64,000 nt of DNA from Octopus vulgaris (taxonomy: Eukaryota), in NCBI GenBank assembly GCA_951406725.2, contig OX597817.1:163060001-163124000 (forward strand), given 5' to 3'. The notes beneath the pieces are model-generated. The model searched no databases and was not told the DNA's origin. It was given only the letters and a program-made list of their open reading frames with translations. The position numbers and the translations under genes are program-made. The stretch's first letter is position 1; each line of letters begins with the position of its first letter. Positions 48,997-63,567 of this stretch are shown one piece after another.

Positions 48997-49031
48997 GTTT
49001 CCGACGAAGAGCTCCGCTCGAAACGTCATAC
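48997..49031 (+). ncRNA. Penelope-type minimal hammerhead variant within a ~180-bp repeat in (TA)n
   Basis: GTTT-CCGACGA-A-GAGCtccGCTC-GAAACGTC-ATAC. Confidence 0.6.
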
Positions 49032-49142
49032 CTCCCTGCTTCCATTTCCTGAGCGCCTATTAATAATAATACTGTAATTGTTCCATTGTTGTTGTTTTTT
49101 TGTTTTCCCGTTTGGATTAAAATTATATATATATATATATAT

Positions 49143-49217
<75 letters not shown>

Positions 49218-49255
49218 CATATATATATACATACATACACACACACACACACACA

Positions 49256-49298
<43 letters not shown>

Positions 49299-50694
49299 AT
49301 ATATATATATATATATATGAAAATATAGACATACGTAAATATTGGAATGTAGAACAGAATAACAGTGCTATTTAAAGGTGGAAACAGGACGAAAGAGAGA
49401 GAGAGAGAGGGAGAAAGAGAGAGAGAGAGAGGGAGAAAGAGAGAGAGAGAGAGGGAGAAAGAGAGAGAGAGAGATAGGTAAATAGAAAAATAGTGGATGG
49501 CGATGGAGAGTGAAGGTGAGAGGAGAGAGAGAGAGAGAGAGAGAGAGAAAGATAGGTGGAGAGATAAGTAGAGGGATTGATTTCATAAAAAGAAAAGAGA
49601 GATTTATGGTAACGTAAGAGGTTGAAGACGCCAAAAGCGAGAGGTAAACAAGAAGAGAGCGGCGGAGACGGTGGTGGTGGTGGTGGTGGTGGTGGTGGTG
49701 GCGGTGGTGATGCTGGTGATAGCGTAAGTAGTAACGTAATAGATGAGGAGCGAAGACAAAGAGGAAATCTTATAAAAGGTAATGACAAGAGAATAAAAAA
49801 AATGAGAGAGAAGCAGTGAGTGGGTAAGCTATTGAGAAAGAGAGAAAGAGAGCGTAGGTAAGAGAGGGAGAGAGAGAGAGACAGAGAGAGAGAGGGAGAG
49901 AGAGAGAGAGAGAGAGAACGCATGGCTTTTACAGGGGTTTCGAAAACAAAACTCTTGCTCGGAGTGAATGAGAGAAAGTAAAGAAGTTAGAAGCAACGAA
50001 GTGAGGGACGAGTTGCTTGCTTGTCAGAGACTGAACTGAACACACATACACACACATTACATACATATTTATACACAAACATCTACACACTCGCATATAT
50101 AAATATAAACACATACACACAGACACACACACGCACGTAGGCACGTACACACATATATATAGAGACGTACGCATACTCGCGCGCCGTGCGCTCACATACG
50201 GACACACGCGTAAAACATAAAATAGACTGTAACAGCCGAGAGGAGGGAGAATCGCAACTAGTCGTCGTGCGATACACTTCACGATAATAAAACCAAAGTG
50301 GATTAAAGAAGGAATCCGATAAACTACAAAATTAAATAGGGTAGTAAATTGACCAGAACCGCCCAACCGTGACCATTTTACCATGGCAAATAAGTTTCAA
50401 CCAAAATTTCCCAAGGATACCGTCTTGATAGCCGTGAACGATAGCAGTTATGCAGATTATGCAGTTTCATGTAAGATATTTTTCGTACACTTTACTCTTC
50501 TTCATGTTTATCGTCTTCTTCGTTGTCTTTCTCTTTCTCTCGCTTATTCGCTTATCTAGTATTTGCATATATGATTTATAATATATAGTCTCTTACTTGT
50601 ACGTTGTGCGTATACAGTTTGTGCGTGTCTCTACACACACACGCACGCATGCACGCATGCCCCAACTCACACACATTGGTTTATTTTCGATATA

Positions 50695-50883
<189 letters not shown>

Positions 50884-50997
50884 GAATTTATATTTATTAT
50901 ATAATATAGCTATGAACTCATGTACCGGGTACAGGTGTATATGTGTGTATAACATATGTAATATATATACATATGTACATATATATAAATATACCTC

Positions 50998-51085
<88 letters not shown>

Positions 51086-51130
51086 AACATATCGATCAAT
51101 ACACATATACAAACATGCATACATAAACGC

Positions 51131-51176
<46 letters not shown>

Positions 51177-51480
51177 TCACGCATGTCCTATAGAATATAT
51201 AAATAATATATACCAATACGTACATATATATATATATATGCACATATCTATCTACATACCTATCAATCTATAAATGCGTATATAAACATGCACACACATA
51301 CACATATGTACGTATGTATAAACACATATACATACATGCACTTACATCAGTCTCTAATTATATATCTTTGTACATACGTTTCCTAATATAAATTTGCTCT
51401 CATTCTATCAAACGAGGATGCAGTTCGCAAAAATAAATAAATATATAAATGAATAAATAAATAAAAAAAACCAAACTGTT

Positions 51481-51958
51481 CTTACTCTTTTACTTGTTTC
51501 AGTCATTTGACTGCGGCCATGCTGGAGCACCGCCTTTAGTCGAGCAAATCGACCCCGGGACTTATTCTTTTGTAAGCCCAGTACTTATTCTATCGGTCTC
51601 TCTTTTGCCGAACCGCTAAGTGACGGGGACGTAAACACACCAGCATCGGTTGTCAAGCAATGCTAGGGGGACAAACTTGTTGTCAAATGACTGCGGCCAT
51701 GCTGGAACACCACCCAGCAAATCGACCCCAGGACTTATTCTTTGTTAGCCTAGTACTTATTCTATCGGTCTCTCTTTTGCCGAACCGCTAAGTGACGGGG
51801 ACGTAAACACACCAGCATCGGTTGTCAAGCAATGCTAGGGGGGACAAACACAGACACACAAATATATACACACACACATATATATATATATATATACATA
51901 TATACGACAGGCTTCTTTCAGTTTCCGTCTGCCAAATCCACTCACAAGGCATTGGTCT
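51481..51958 (-). mobile_element. SINE family B with an internal duplication, 5'-truncated
   Basis: tgactgcggccatgctgga...aagcaatgctaggggg occurs twice (about 51508 and 51688). Confidence 0.85.
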
Positions 51959-52085
51959 GTCAAATAATTCTCTCAGATGTATCCAGTGTTAATTGAATTT
52001 TCAGTCCGGTTCCAGATATTTCGTATATTATGCAAAATATTTAAACAAAAATGTGTTAAAATTTTTTTTTGCTTATGTGAGGTTT

Positions 52086-52131
<46 letters not shown>

Positions 52132-52422
52132 CGAGTACGTGCGTGTGCGTTTGTGTGTGTGTGTGCGTGTGCGTGCGTGTGTGCGTGTGTGTCTGTGTGC
52201 ACTCACGGTCATACGAGGTATTTATCTACTCCTTTATGAAGATGCAGTTTACGAATATCTGAAAGCATCTCAAAGTTTGTAGGTATATTGTTGTTTGCAT
52301 GATATAACACGCACACACGCACGCGCACACACACACACACAAATACGCACACACACACACATATGCACACACACACACACACATACATAAACACTATATT
52401 AATTTTGTATGTATATATATAC

Positions 52423-52617
52423 AGCTACTGCACGCATTTTTTTTCTCTCCTTCTTTTGTGTTTTTTTTTTCTCTCTGTGTATCTTTCTGTTGAAGAGCGT
52501 AGGCTCGAAACGTTAAAGACTTGTTTTATTTATATTTCCTGAGCGCCATACTAATACAATTGTTCGTTTGTTTTCCACCTGCCTTCGTCTTTTGTCTATT
52601 TTCATAAAGCTTCCCGT
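52423..52617 (+). mobile_element. Penelope-like terminal-repeat fragment with a variant hammerhead (52482-52519)
   Basis: TCTTT-CTGTTGA-A-GAGCgtagGCTC-GAAACGTT-AAAGA. Confidence 0.65.
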
Positions 52618-52657
52618 TATGTATGTATGTATGTATGTATGTATCTATCTATGTATG

Positions 52658-52689
<32 letters not shown>

Positions 52690-53182
52690 CATCCATCCAT
52701 CCATCCATCCATCCATCCATCTATGTATAGCTAGCATACAATCACACACATACACACACACAGAGCTTATACAAATATACATACATATAATACATACATA
52801 CATACATATGCACACACACATATTTAGCTTATACAAATATACATACATATAATACATACATATATACATACATATGCACGCGCACACACACATATATATA
52901 GCATATACAAATATACACACAATTGTAATCCATACATATATACGCACACACGCATATATAACTTATACAAATATATATACATATTATAATACATACATAT
53001 ATACATATGCACGCACACACACATATGTTTAGCTTATACAAATATTCACACAATTATAATACACACATATATACGCACACACACATATGCGCACACACAT
53101 ATACGCACACATATACGCTCACACACACATATATATATATATATAGCTTATACAAATATACATACATTCATACATACATACA

Positions 53183-53214
<32 letters not shown>

Positions 53215-53253
53215 CATACATACATACATACATACATACATACATACACACAC

Positions 53254-53286
<33 letters not shown>

Positions 53287-53959
53287 TACATACATACATA
53301 CATACATACATACATACATACATACATACATACATACATACATACATACATACGCATACTCACTCACACATACGTTTTTATAAAACAGTAATGGTTGTTT
53401 GTAGTTTCGGCATACCAGGGTTGTGGGTCGCACCTAGACGTTCGGTCGGCCTACCTGCTCGCACCGACGCACCATCCATCGAGCTTGACCTGACCTGTGT
53501 CTCATCAACAACAAGCATCTGTTTATCGTCGGAGATGTTTGTTTTTTGCCTTGCTGGCTGGATATCATCATCATCATCATCGTCATCGTCATCATGATCA
53601 TCGTTATCATCATAATCACCATCTTCGTCGCCGTCGTCATCATCTTTTCTTCTTCTTCTTCTTCTTCTTCTTCTTCTTCTTCTTCTTCTTCTTCTTCTTC
53701 TTCTTCTTCATTTGAGTGGAAGTGGTGGTGGTGGTGGTGGTGGTGGTAGATAGGCAGAGTCCATATGGATAAAATGCTTTTCGTTATTTAGATATCATGA
53801 CGCATTGCGTCCCGAGTTCGAATCCTGACACTGAGAACAACCCCCACCCTTTTCCATCCCCCATCGGGAGCCAAAATGAAAAAAAAAAAAAAGGACACAC
53901 GAAATACCCGGGTCGATGGTATCGACTTCTTCCTCTCACCTTGATCCTAAATTAAAAAT

Positions 53960-55650
53960 CATTAAGGTCGCTGGATTGAAAGGATCGGTAGAGCGTCGGA
54001 AAAATGCCTTGCAGTGTTTGCTCCTGCTTTTTACGATTTGAGTTCAAATCCCACTGGAGTCGACTTAGATTTTCTTTCTTTCGAGCTTCATAAAATAAAG
54101 CCCCGGACAATTATTGACGTCGATATCGACTAACATCCCCTCCACTCAAAACTGCTGGTCCTGGGCCTAAATTAGAAACCATTATAATTATAATGCTCAA
54201 GATCTTAGAGACACTTTTTAAAACTTGTGTTATTATTATTATTTAAGGAAGGCGGCGAGCTGGCAGAATCGTTAGCACGCCGGGCGAAATGCGTAGCCGT
54301 ATTTCGTCTGCCGTCACGTTCTGCGTTCAAATTCCGCCGAGGTCGACTTTGCCTTTCATCCTTTCGGGGTCAATAAATTAAGTACCAGTTACGCACCGGG
54401 GTCGATAAAATCGACTTAATCCATTTGTCTGTCCTTGTTTGTCCCTTTTGTGTTTAGCCCCTTGTGGATAATAAAGAAATAGGTATTTCGTCTGCCGCTA
54501 CGTTCTGAGTTCAAATCCCACCGAGGTCGACTTTGCCTTTCATCCTTTCGGGGTCGATAAATTAAGTACCAGCTACGCACTGGGGTCGTTGTAATCGACT
54601 TAATCCGTTTGTCTGTCCTTGTTTGTCTCCTCTATGTTTAGCCCCATGTGGGCAATAAAGAAATAAGAATCGTTAGCGGCATTTCGCCCGTCACTACGTT
54701 CTGAGTTCAAATTCCTCCGGGGTTGACTTGGCCTTTCACCCTTTCAGGTAAATTAAGTACCAGTGAAACACTGGGTCGATGCAATCGACTAGTCCCCCAC
54801 CTTACATTTCAGGCCTTGTACCCAGGAAGGTGGCAGCTGACGGGATAGTTACCGTGTCGGGCAAAATGCTTAGCGTTACTTCGTCCGTTTTTACATTCTG
54901 TGTTCAAATTCCGCCGATATCGACTTTACTCTTTCAGGGTCAATAAAATAAGTACCTGACGAGTACCGGGGTCGATGTAGTCGACTTAACTCCTTCTGAG
55001 AAATTGCTGGCCTTCTGCCAAAACTTGAGACTATTATTCAGTCCCAGAAAAGTGGCGAGCTGGCAGAAATGTTGCTACATCGGATAAAATGCTTAGCAAC
55101 ATTTCGTCCGTCTTTACATTCTGAGTTCAAATTCCTCCGAGGTCGACTTTACCTTTCATACTATCGGCGTCGGTAAAATAAGTACCAATCAAGTACTGAG
55201 GTGGATGTAAACAACTTTCTCTTCTCAAATAAAAAAAAAAAAAAAAAAAAATAAACGGCTGGCCCAGTGCCAATATTTGAAATACCTAAAGGCGGCGAGT
55301 TGGGAGAACCGTTGGAACGCCGGACAAAATGCTTAGCGGTATTTCGTCTGCCGTTACGTTCTGAGTTGAAATTCCGCCGAGGTCGACTTTGCCTTTCATC
55401 CTTTCGGGTCGATAAATTAAGTACCAGTTACGCACTGGGGTCGATATAATCGACTTAATCCGTCTGTCTGTCCTTGTTTGTCTCCTCTGTGTTTAGCCCC
55501 TTGTGGGTAGTAAAGAAATAGGTATTTCGTCCGTGAAAACATTCTGGGTCCAAATGACGCCTTTTGTCCCTTTCGAGATCGATAAAATAAGTACCTCTTG
55601 AGCAGAGGGCTAGATGTAATCCAATTTTCACACCCGTTAAAATTGTTGGA
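53960..55650 (+). mobile_element. Head-to-tail cluster of about 8 SINE family A units
   Basis: Heads at about 53965, 54249, 54826, 55050 and 55289 plus tandem bodies, all on the same strand. Confidence 0.88.
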
Positions 55651-57252
55651 CTTGTGCTAAAAATTATATATAAAAAAAAAAAGAGAATGATTTAACCCCA
55701 GGTCTGCTTTGGCTGAGCAGAAGACGTTCTAGTCATGACCATCCTACCTTTTAAATCAGATATAATAGTTTCAGGGAACACTTTTACAGAGGCATAGCTA
55801 GAGTATGTGAAGCCCTTGAGTTTGATACCCAGCATCTCGTACCCCATATTAAGACTCCTACATTAGACTCAACAGTGTCACCCCCATTAAAGTGACGCTC
55901 GGGGCGGACCACTGCCCACGCCTTTCTAGGTACTGCATTTTAACCAAATGTCCTCTTTTTAAGGACAAATTGGATGAGATTTGGAGGTAATTTGGCTTCT
56001 GTATTTAGCAGATCTAAAGACAGAGTGGATGAGATTTGGAAGTGGTTTAACTTCTATTTCTAGCAGATCTAAAGACAGAGGATGAGATTTGGAGGTGGTT
56101 TGACTTCTATTTCTAGCAGATCTAAAGACAGAGTGGATGAGATTTAGAGGTGGTTTTGGCTTCTATTTCTAGCAGATCTAAACAATATGGTTTGTACGTG
56201 GTATGTACGGTTTCCCGACAGGGAAGTGTTTACATGTTTACGTTTTGAAACAAAGTGGCCCGTGCCTCTATGTTGCTGCTCGACCTGCTGTAAATAGCAA
56301 CGAAATCTCCTGCGAATCACATCTTGCTTTCCACACAGCCACTCCTTGTACGATTTCCAATAATATTTAATTATAAAAATATAATAGGATTTTTAAAAAC
56401 ATTGAATGTCGATGAGGAATGGAGCATCCAGTAGAGTAAAATATGAACGAAAGGGAGCTATAAGTAAAATATGGGTGACAACCAGTGGACAAAATCCTCC
56501 AAGACGATGTCCCAGTATGACAGTAGTCCAAAGACTGAAACAAGCAGAAGATAAAAAAATGAATAAATATAAGAAATAAAAGATAATTGTAAACAAAGCG
56601 ACCTGTGTTCTGATGCAGTAAGTGCTCATACCTGAGTTTGAAACAATATGAGGTTTCCTTTGCGGGGTTTGTTTCTACCTCATGTTGGTCTTGTCCCGCT
56701 TCTATTTCTGTAGTGTTTGTTTTTTCTCTCTTTCTCTCCCAAAAATCGATCAGATATGTACGCAAATGTTTGTTTGCATAAATATATTGTATGCTGTGAT
56801 GCCGTAACAGTACCAGAGAACGTGTTGGTTTGTCATTTCCAGTGCCCATACATACATACATACATACATACATACATACATACATACATACATACATACA
56901 TACATACATGCACATATGCATGCATACATACTTGCATACATAAATTGTTGGTCTTGTGCTAAAATTATAAAAAAAAGAGAATGATTTAACCCCAGGTCTG
57001 CTTTGGCTGAGCAGAAGACGTTCTAGTCATGACCATCCTACCTTTTAAATCAGATATAATAATTTCAGGGAACACTTTTACAGAGGCATAGCTTGAGGAT
57101 GGGCTGCCCTTGAGTTTGTTACCCAACATCTCGTACCCCACATTAAGACTCCTACACTAGACTCCACAGTGCCACGCCCATAAAAGTAACGCTCGAGGCG
57201 GACCACTGCCCACGCCTGTCTAGGTACTGCATTTTAACCAAAATGTCCTCTT
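55640..57252 (+). repeat. Dispersed ~315-bp direct duplication (55640-55957 and 56942-57252)
   Basis: Shared aattgttgg...ccaggtctgctttggctgagcagaagacg...aaatgtcctctt. Confidence 0.9.
55972..56181. repeat. ~54-bp minisatellite, 4 copies
   Basis: ggatgagattt at 55972, 56027, 56079 and 56135. Confidence 0.92.
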
Positions 57253-57485
57253 ACATACATGCATACATACTTACAAGAAATCAACCAACTGATTCGCACA
57301 TTACAAATACAATTTTTCAGCGGAACGGTAAAACTATGCAAGACTTTTCTCAGGTTTAAGATGTGACATTGTTTTATCTCCATTCCAAAGATAGAACTTT
57401 GTATCTTTGTTAGAAACCTTCTTCAGACGAAGAATTTAAATGAACACAAAAGAGACATACATACATACATACATACATACATACA

Positions 57486-57516
<31 letters not shown>

Positions 57517-57545
57517 TGACAAAAAGAACCTCTCCACCACACATA

Positions 57546-57922
57546 CACTACCGTCAGAAATTAATTAGCACCCTTGATTTGCTCTTCACTCAAGGTATGT
57601 GCTGTCACCTAGTGGCCATATCTCGAACTATTGCTTTGTTGCGAGTTCACTGTTGCGCAGAACGATGACGTAACTTTGTTTGCAGAGCAGTTTGAGAGTC
57701 TACAGCCTTATGATGTTGACATAGCAGTGCAACAAATTGGAGTGCGGATGCAGACAAATCTTCCTTTGTTTAATAGATATAGGTAGCGCCTCGCAAGGAC
57801 CGAAATCACACCATACTAAGTTTTCTCATCGCGTAAGACGTTTTGAACAGCTCATAGGTTAATTGATTTAACCTATTTAATGTAGAAATTTGAGAAGTGC
57901 TAATTAATTTCTGACGCAAGTG
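57546..57922. mobile_element. Tc1-like MITE
   Basis: TA TSD; TIR CACT...CGTCAGAAATTAATTAGCAC. Confidence 0.87.
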
Positions 57923-58035
57923 TATGTATATATTTAGGAATATTAATTAAACAAGGAACCCAATCCACGTGTGGAGTCTAATATAGTAGTAGTAAATCAC
58001 TTTCCACCGGTGAAACTTCGAAGTCACTGTCAACA

Positions 58036-58126
<91 letters not shown>

Positions 58127-58589
58127 AGGACACGCACATATACGTATACAAATAGGGAGCGAATTGACAGAATAGTTAGAGCGTAGGATTAAATGTGCCT
58201 CTGTGTTGGACGATCAAATCTCGGTCTTTCATGCTGTCGAGGTCGATAAGGAAAGGACCTTTGATTGGCGGAAATATTAAAGGACTGGCCTTTGCATTAG
58301 GTTGAAAATTCTGCCTTCTATAATGGCGGGAAATTGAAGCCTTGTGTACGCAGCTGATGATGACAGGTCTCCAATGTCAGATGGGACAACGCATCAAACG
58401 GAGCAACATCTCGCCAGCATCTCAAGTATAGTGGATTCCCTCGAACCCAGATGGTACGATTTTACTTCATCTAAGAGTGTCATTCAGACACTGAGAGTGC
58501 ACAACGACCGAACAGGTAGTCGGTGTTATAACTTTATGAATTGAACAAATGGCAAGGATAACACTTATACTACATAAAGGAAGTATGGT

Positions 58590-59438
58590 ATTCTTTTACA
58601 TGTTTCAGTAATTTGACTGCAGCCATGCTGGAGCACAACCGTAAAGGGTTTTAATTGAAGAAATCGAACCTGTAACTTATTCTTTGTAAGTCTAGTCTTT
58701 ATTCTGTTGTGCATGTGTATCCCCGTTACTCAGAAGGTATTGGTTGGCTCGGGGCTATAGCAGAAGACAGCTGCCTAAAGTGCCTCGCAGTAGGATCTGA
58801 ACCCGAAACCACGGGGGACGTAAATGCACCAGCATTAATTGTCAAGCGATAGCGAGGCGGGGAGACAGACAGACAGACAGACAGACAGACACACACACAC
58901 ACACGACAAGCTTATTTCAGTTTCTATCTACCAAACCCACTCACAAGGCTTCGGTCGGACTGAGGTTATACTAGAAGATACATGCCCAAAATGCCACGCA
59001 ATGGTACTGAACTCGTAACGATGTAGCTGATAAGCAAGCTCTTTACCAACCAGCCACGCCTACGTCTATAATTAACTCACGGCTTACAGTGATTTATAGA
59101 ATCCCGCCTGGGATAAAGCTAAAACTCACTGTGGTGACTATTCAAACTTTCTAATGTACAAAATAAGTTATTGTTTCTCTCTAAATTTAAGTTGTTGGCT
59201 TCTCTCTTTCCTAGTCATATCTAATAAATTATACGATGATGCAGGCATGACTGTGTGTTTAAAAAGCTCCCTTTACAACCATGTGGTTTCGGGTTCAGAT
59301 CCTATTGCGTGGTACTTTAGGCAGCTGCCTTCTGCTATAGCCCCGAGTCGACTAATACCTTCTTGGTGAATTTTGTTGGCGGAAACTGTGTTGATGTCTG
59401 TTGTACATGTGTGTGTGTGTGTATGTGTGCATGTGTGA

Positions 59439-59485
<47 letters not shown>

Positions 59486-59539
59486 CATACATATATATAT
59501 ATTTGTATTTATATATATACATACATATATATATGTATG

Positions 59540-59619
<80 letters not shown>

Positions 59620-59870
59620 CATGTATGTGTGTGTGTGTGTGTGTGTGTGCGTGCGTGTCTCTTTTTCTTTGTGTTTGACACCTATTACTTTGACAAACGG
59701 TGTTGGTTTGTTTACGTTTCTTTAAACTAGCGGTTAGACAAAACGAAATCGATAGAATAAGTACCAGACTCACGAGTAAGCACTGGGATCGATTTGTTTG
59801 AGTGAAACCTTTCAAAGCGGTACTCCAGTATAGCCATAGTTCAATGGCTAAATCAAATTAACAGATAAAG
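58590..59870. mobile_element. Two diverged SINE family B copies (58590-59070 minus, rearranged; 59240-59870 plus)
   Basis: Family motifs with many substitutions. Confidence 0.65.
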
Positions 59871-59876
59871 CAGATA

Positions 59877-60113
59877 CAGCAATCCCTCGACTATCGCGGG
59901 TGTTACGTTCCAAAACTCACCGCGATAGGTGAAAATCCGCGAAGTTGAAACAGTACGAAGCTGTGTATATCTTTTCATTGTTTTTATAATTTGCATATAT
60001 TATTTTATCACAAAATGCGAAACAACACCACGGAGAAACCGACGTAAGCTTAACTAATAAACCGCGATAGGTGAATCACGATAGATGAACCGCGATATGG
60101 CGAGGGATTACTG
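59877..60113. mobile_element. pogo/Tigger-type MITE
   Basis: TA TSD; TIR CAG(C/T)AATCCCTCG..ATCGCGG; subterminal ACCGCGATAGGTGAA repeats. Confidence 0.87.
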
Positions 60114-60604
60114 TACACATATTGATGTATAGGAATGTCACGAGCACCTTGGGTTACTATAGAAAACCCCTTTCGCAAACGCGTTCGAAAGCTGCTATCT
60201 ATATGATAATTTATGAGCAATTCCACATTTAGGTTATATAGCAGATGTCCTTGAAAAAACACGGATGTCACACTTTTTTGCTCCGCCCTTTAAGAGTCTT
60301 ACGTGTTTCTTGTTTTTTTATATAAATCAATATCTGTAGGCAAGCTGTTAATATTAATATTAAATATACTTTTCAAGTTTGTACGGGCATAGATAAATAA
60401 ATAGATATTGACTGAGTGGCATGTGTTAGATGAAGTATTGATTTGGGAGATAGCAAGATATAACGGGGATTAAATAATTGATTTAAATGCAAAAAATACT
60501 AGGGTAATTGAAGGGCAAGTGACTTCTGCTATAGCCCCGGGCCACCCAAAGCCGAGTGAATTTGGTAGAGGAAAACTAAAAGAAAACCGTAGTGTATATA
60601 TATA

Positions 60605-60648
<44 letters not shown>

Positions 60649-60651
<3 letters not shown>

Positions 60652-61030
60652 TAGGAGTGGCTGTGTGGTGAGTAGCTTGCTTACAGACCACATGGTTCCG
60701 AGTTCAGTCCCACTGCGAGGCACCTTGGGCAAGTGTCTTCTACTATAGCCTCGGGCCGACCAAAGCCTTGTGAGTGGATTTGGTAGACGGAAACTGAAAG
60801 AAGCCCGTCGTATATATGCATGTATATGTTTCGGTGTCTGTGTTTGTCCCCTCAACATCGCTTGACAACCGATGCTGGTGTGTTTATGTCTCCGTAACTT
60901 AGCGGTTCGGCAAAAGAGACCGATAGAATAAGTACCAGGCTTACAAAGAATAAGTCCTGGGGTCGATTTGCTCGACAAAAGACGGTGCTCCAGCATGGCC
61001 ACAGTCAAATGACTGAAACAAGTAAAAGAG
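60649..61030 (+). mobile_element. SINE family B, full length, nested in an older copy
   Basis: Near consensus; older fragments at 60510-60600 and 61055-61195. Confidence 0.88.
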
Positions 61031-61667
61031 TATATACATATAGGTATATATCTCTGTGTGTGTCTGTGTTTGTCTGTTGGTTTGTTTACGTCCCACTAAT
61101 TTAGTGGTTCGGCAAAACTATCCAATAGAATAAGTTCTATGCTTTGAAAAAGAAAAATTGAGTACTGTGGTCGATTCGTTCTACAAAAATCCTTCAAACA
61201 AACAAAAAATCCCTCCAAAACAAAAGAATCTAACCCATGGTCGCAATAACCTATTTACGTGACTGTATGTATGGCGGTGGATCTTCATCGCTTGGCGATG
61301 AGGATTCAGTTGTTCGAGCAATTGAATAACCTGGTCCTGAATTTACGTGTCAGTGGCTGAGTATTCCACTGACACATGAATCTCCTTATCTGAGCTCTTC
61401 GTTCCCCATGGAGCATAGGTCACCGACGACTTTTCTCCACTGCTCTCGACCTTGTCCTCTCCCAGGTTGTTGTTGAATTGACATCGACGCTTCTGTAACT
61501 TTGCTTTTTTTTCTACTTAGGGCTGTTGACCCTACATAAACCCGTTTTTACCCCTAGGAAGAAGTGGCCCTTATTAGTCTGCCCTCTATCATTTGATCTG
61601 TCCAGCATGGGAGGCCCTATCAGCATAACTCCACTGAATATATGTATACATCATATGTTAACTCGCT

Positions 61668-62071
61668 TTACTCTTTTACTCTTTTACTTGTTTCAGTCAT
61701 TTGATTGTGGTCATGCTGGAGTACCGCCTTTAGTCGAGCAAATCGACCCCAGGATTTATTCTTTGTAAGCCTAGTACTTATTCTATCGGTCTCTTTTGCC
61801 GAACCGCTAAGTTAAGGGGGTGTAAACACACCAGCATCTGTTGTCAAGGGATGTTGGGGCACAAACATAAACACACACACACACACACACACACATATGC
61901 GACATATGCGACGGGCTTCTTTCAGTTTCCGTCGGCCAAATCCACTCACAAGGCTTTGGTCGGCCCGAGGCTATAGTAGAAGACACTTGTCCAAGGTGAC
62001 ACGCAGTGGGACTGAACCCGGAACCATGTGGTTGGAAAGCAAGCTACTTACCACACAGCCACTCCTACGCC
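61668..62071 (-). mobile_element. SINE family B, full length
   Basis: Near-consensus reverse complement. Confidence 0.88.
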
Positions 62072-62397
62072 TGCAGAATTTCTTTGCAGAATTTTTGTAA
62101 ATTTCCCCTCTTGGTAATAACCAATCCAATGTTTTCCTGATTAGTAAAACACACAGTAAATACCTCGTTAGTTCTGCGAAAACTAAACAAAGGTATCTAT
62201 TGATTATTGAATCGAATGGTCGTATATAAGACATATATTAACGTATGTGTGTGTGTATATCAAGTTATCGTTTATCGTTTTAATTGTTTCTGTATACATA
62301 CCCCATATATTAACGTATATGTGTATGTATATTAGGCTATCTTTTATCATTTTGTTTCAATATATATACGGCGTATATCAACATATGTGTGTATGTC

Positions 62398-62780
62398 GGA
62401 GGTGCAATGGCCCAGTGGTAAGGGCAGCGGACTCGCGGTCATAGGATCGCGGTTTCGATTCCCAGACCGGGCGTTGTGAGTGTTTATTGAGCGATAACAC
62501 CTAAAGCTCCACGAGGCTCCGGCAGGGGATGGTGGTGATCCCTGCTGTACTCTTTCACCACAACTTTCTCTCACTCTTACTTCCTGTTTCTGTTGTACCT
62601 GTATTTCAAAGGGCCGGCCTTGTCACTCTCTGTGTCACGCTGAATATCCCCGAGAACTACGTTAAGGGTACACGTGTCTGTGGAGTGCTCAGCCACTTAC
62701 ACGTTAATTTCACGAGCAGGCTGTTCCGTTGATTCGGATCAACCGGAACCCTCGTCGTCGTAACCGACGGAGTGCTGCCA
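62398..62780 (+). mobile_element. tRNA-derived SINE family C, full length
   Basis: TSD ATGTGTGTATGT; A-box TGGCCCAGTGG and B-box-like GGTTTCGATTCCC; matches 16951-17334. Confidence 0.9.
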
Positions 62781-63187
62781 TGTGTGTATGTGTATTAAGG
62801 TAACTTTTATCGTTTTACTTGCTTCAGTCATTGGACTGCGATCATTGAAATTTATGTAGTTTTGCTGTTTGTATCTTAATATGCCTTGCTATTGTATGAT
62901 TGTCCTTCATTGAGATTCTAATTATGGCCAGGGCAAAACTTATTTTAGAATTTCTAGTTTAGGGTTTTGTTGCATATATCTTTTTGATGCAAATTTGCAA
63001 TCAAATTTTATACGAAACAGATCGTGTACAAGTTTGCATCTTCCTAAATCCAGGAACATTCCAATCGATAATGCAGAAGCAGTAAAACACGCCAACATTA
63101 CTCCACCCTGTATATATACTTTCTCCAATATCAAAACGAGCAAAGATCCTCTATGTGGCTGTTCGACATGCTAGAAATAGTGGTCAA

Positions 63188-63567
63188 CCCTTTTGTTACC
63201 AACCCGCTCGAGACTGACCTTGTTTCTATGAAACAAACTTCCTGTTTTAGAGCGATTTACCGTATCTGATGGTATACAAACACTCCCCTCCAAAAAATGT
63301 CTGAAATAATCACCCCAGATCCTATATGTAGAGTTGGGTCTATATTACAAGATTCAATGCACTAAAAGCTGCTGAAATTGGAATGTTCGTGTGTCTTTTA
63401 TGCCATCAAATATGGTAAATTAAAACCTTTCTTCAAAATTTCATGTTAATTTATTCCAAATTACTGCTTAAATGATCACAAAGTTATTTTACTAAATTCT
63501 TCGTTATTTAAAAAAAATAATTGGAACAAAGGCAAAGTATTTCAGCATAAATATCGTAACAAGAGGA
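63188..63567. mobile_element. Diverged copy of the piggyBac-type MITE (reverse orientation, ~170-bp internal insert)
   Basis: TCAA-CCCTTTTGTTACCAACCC...AAGTTATTTTACTAAATTCTT...AAGAGGA-TTAA matches the inverse of 5972-6192. Confidence 0.7.

Noticed and set aside
55640-57252. LTR pair of a retrotransposon
   Set aside because: No TG...CA termini, PBS, PPT, TSD or internal gag/pol remnants.
62398-62470. tRNA genes at SINE heads (also 13833, 17265, 19430, 25935, 26050)
   Set aside because: They have A/B boxes but no complete cloverleaf, and they continue into SINE bodies with TSDs.
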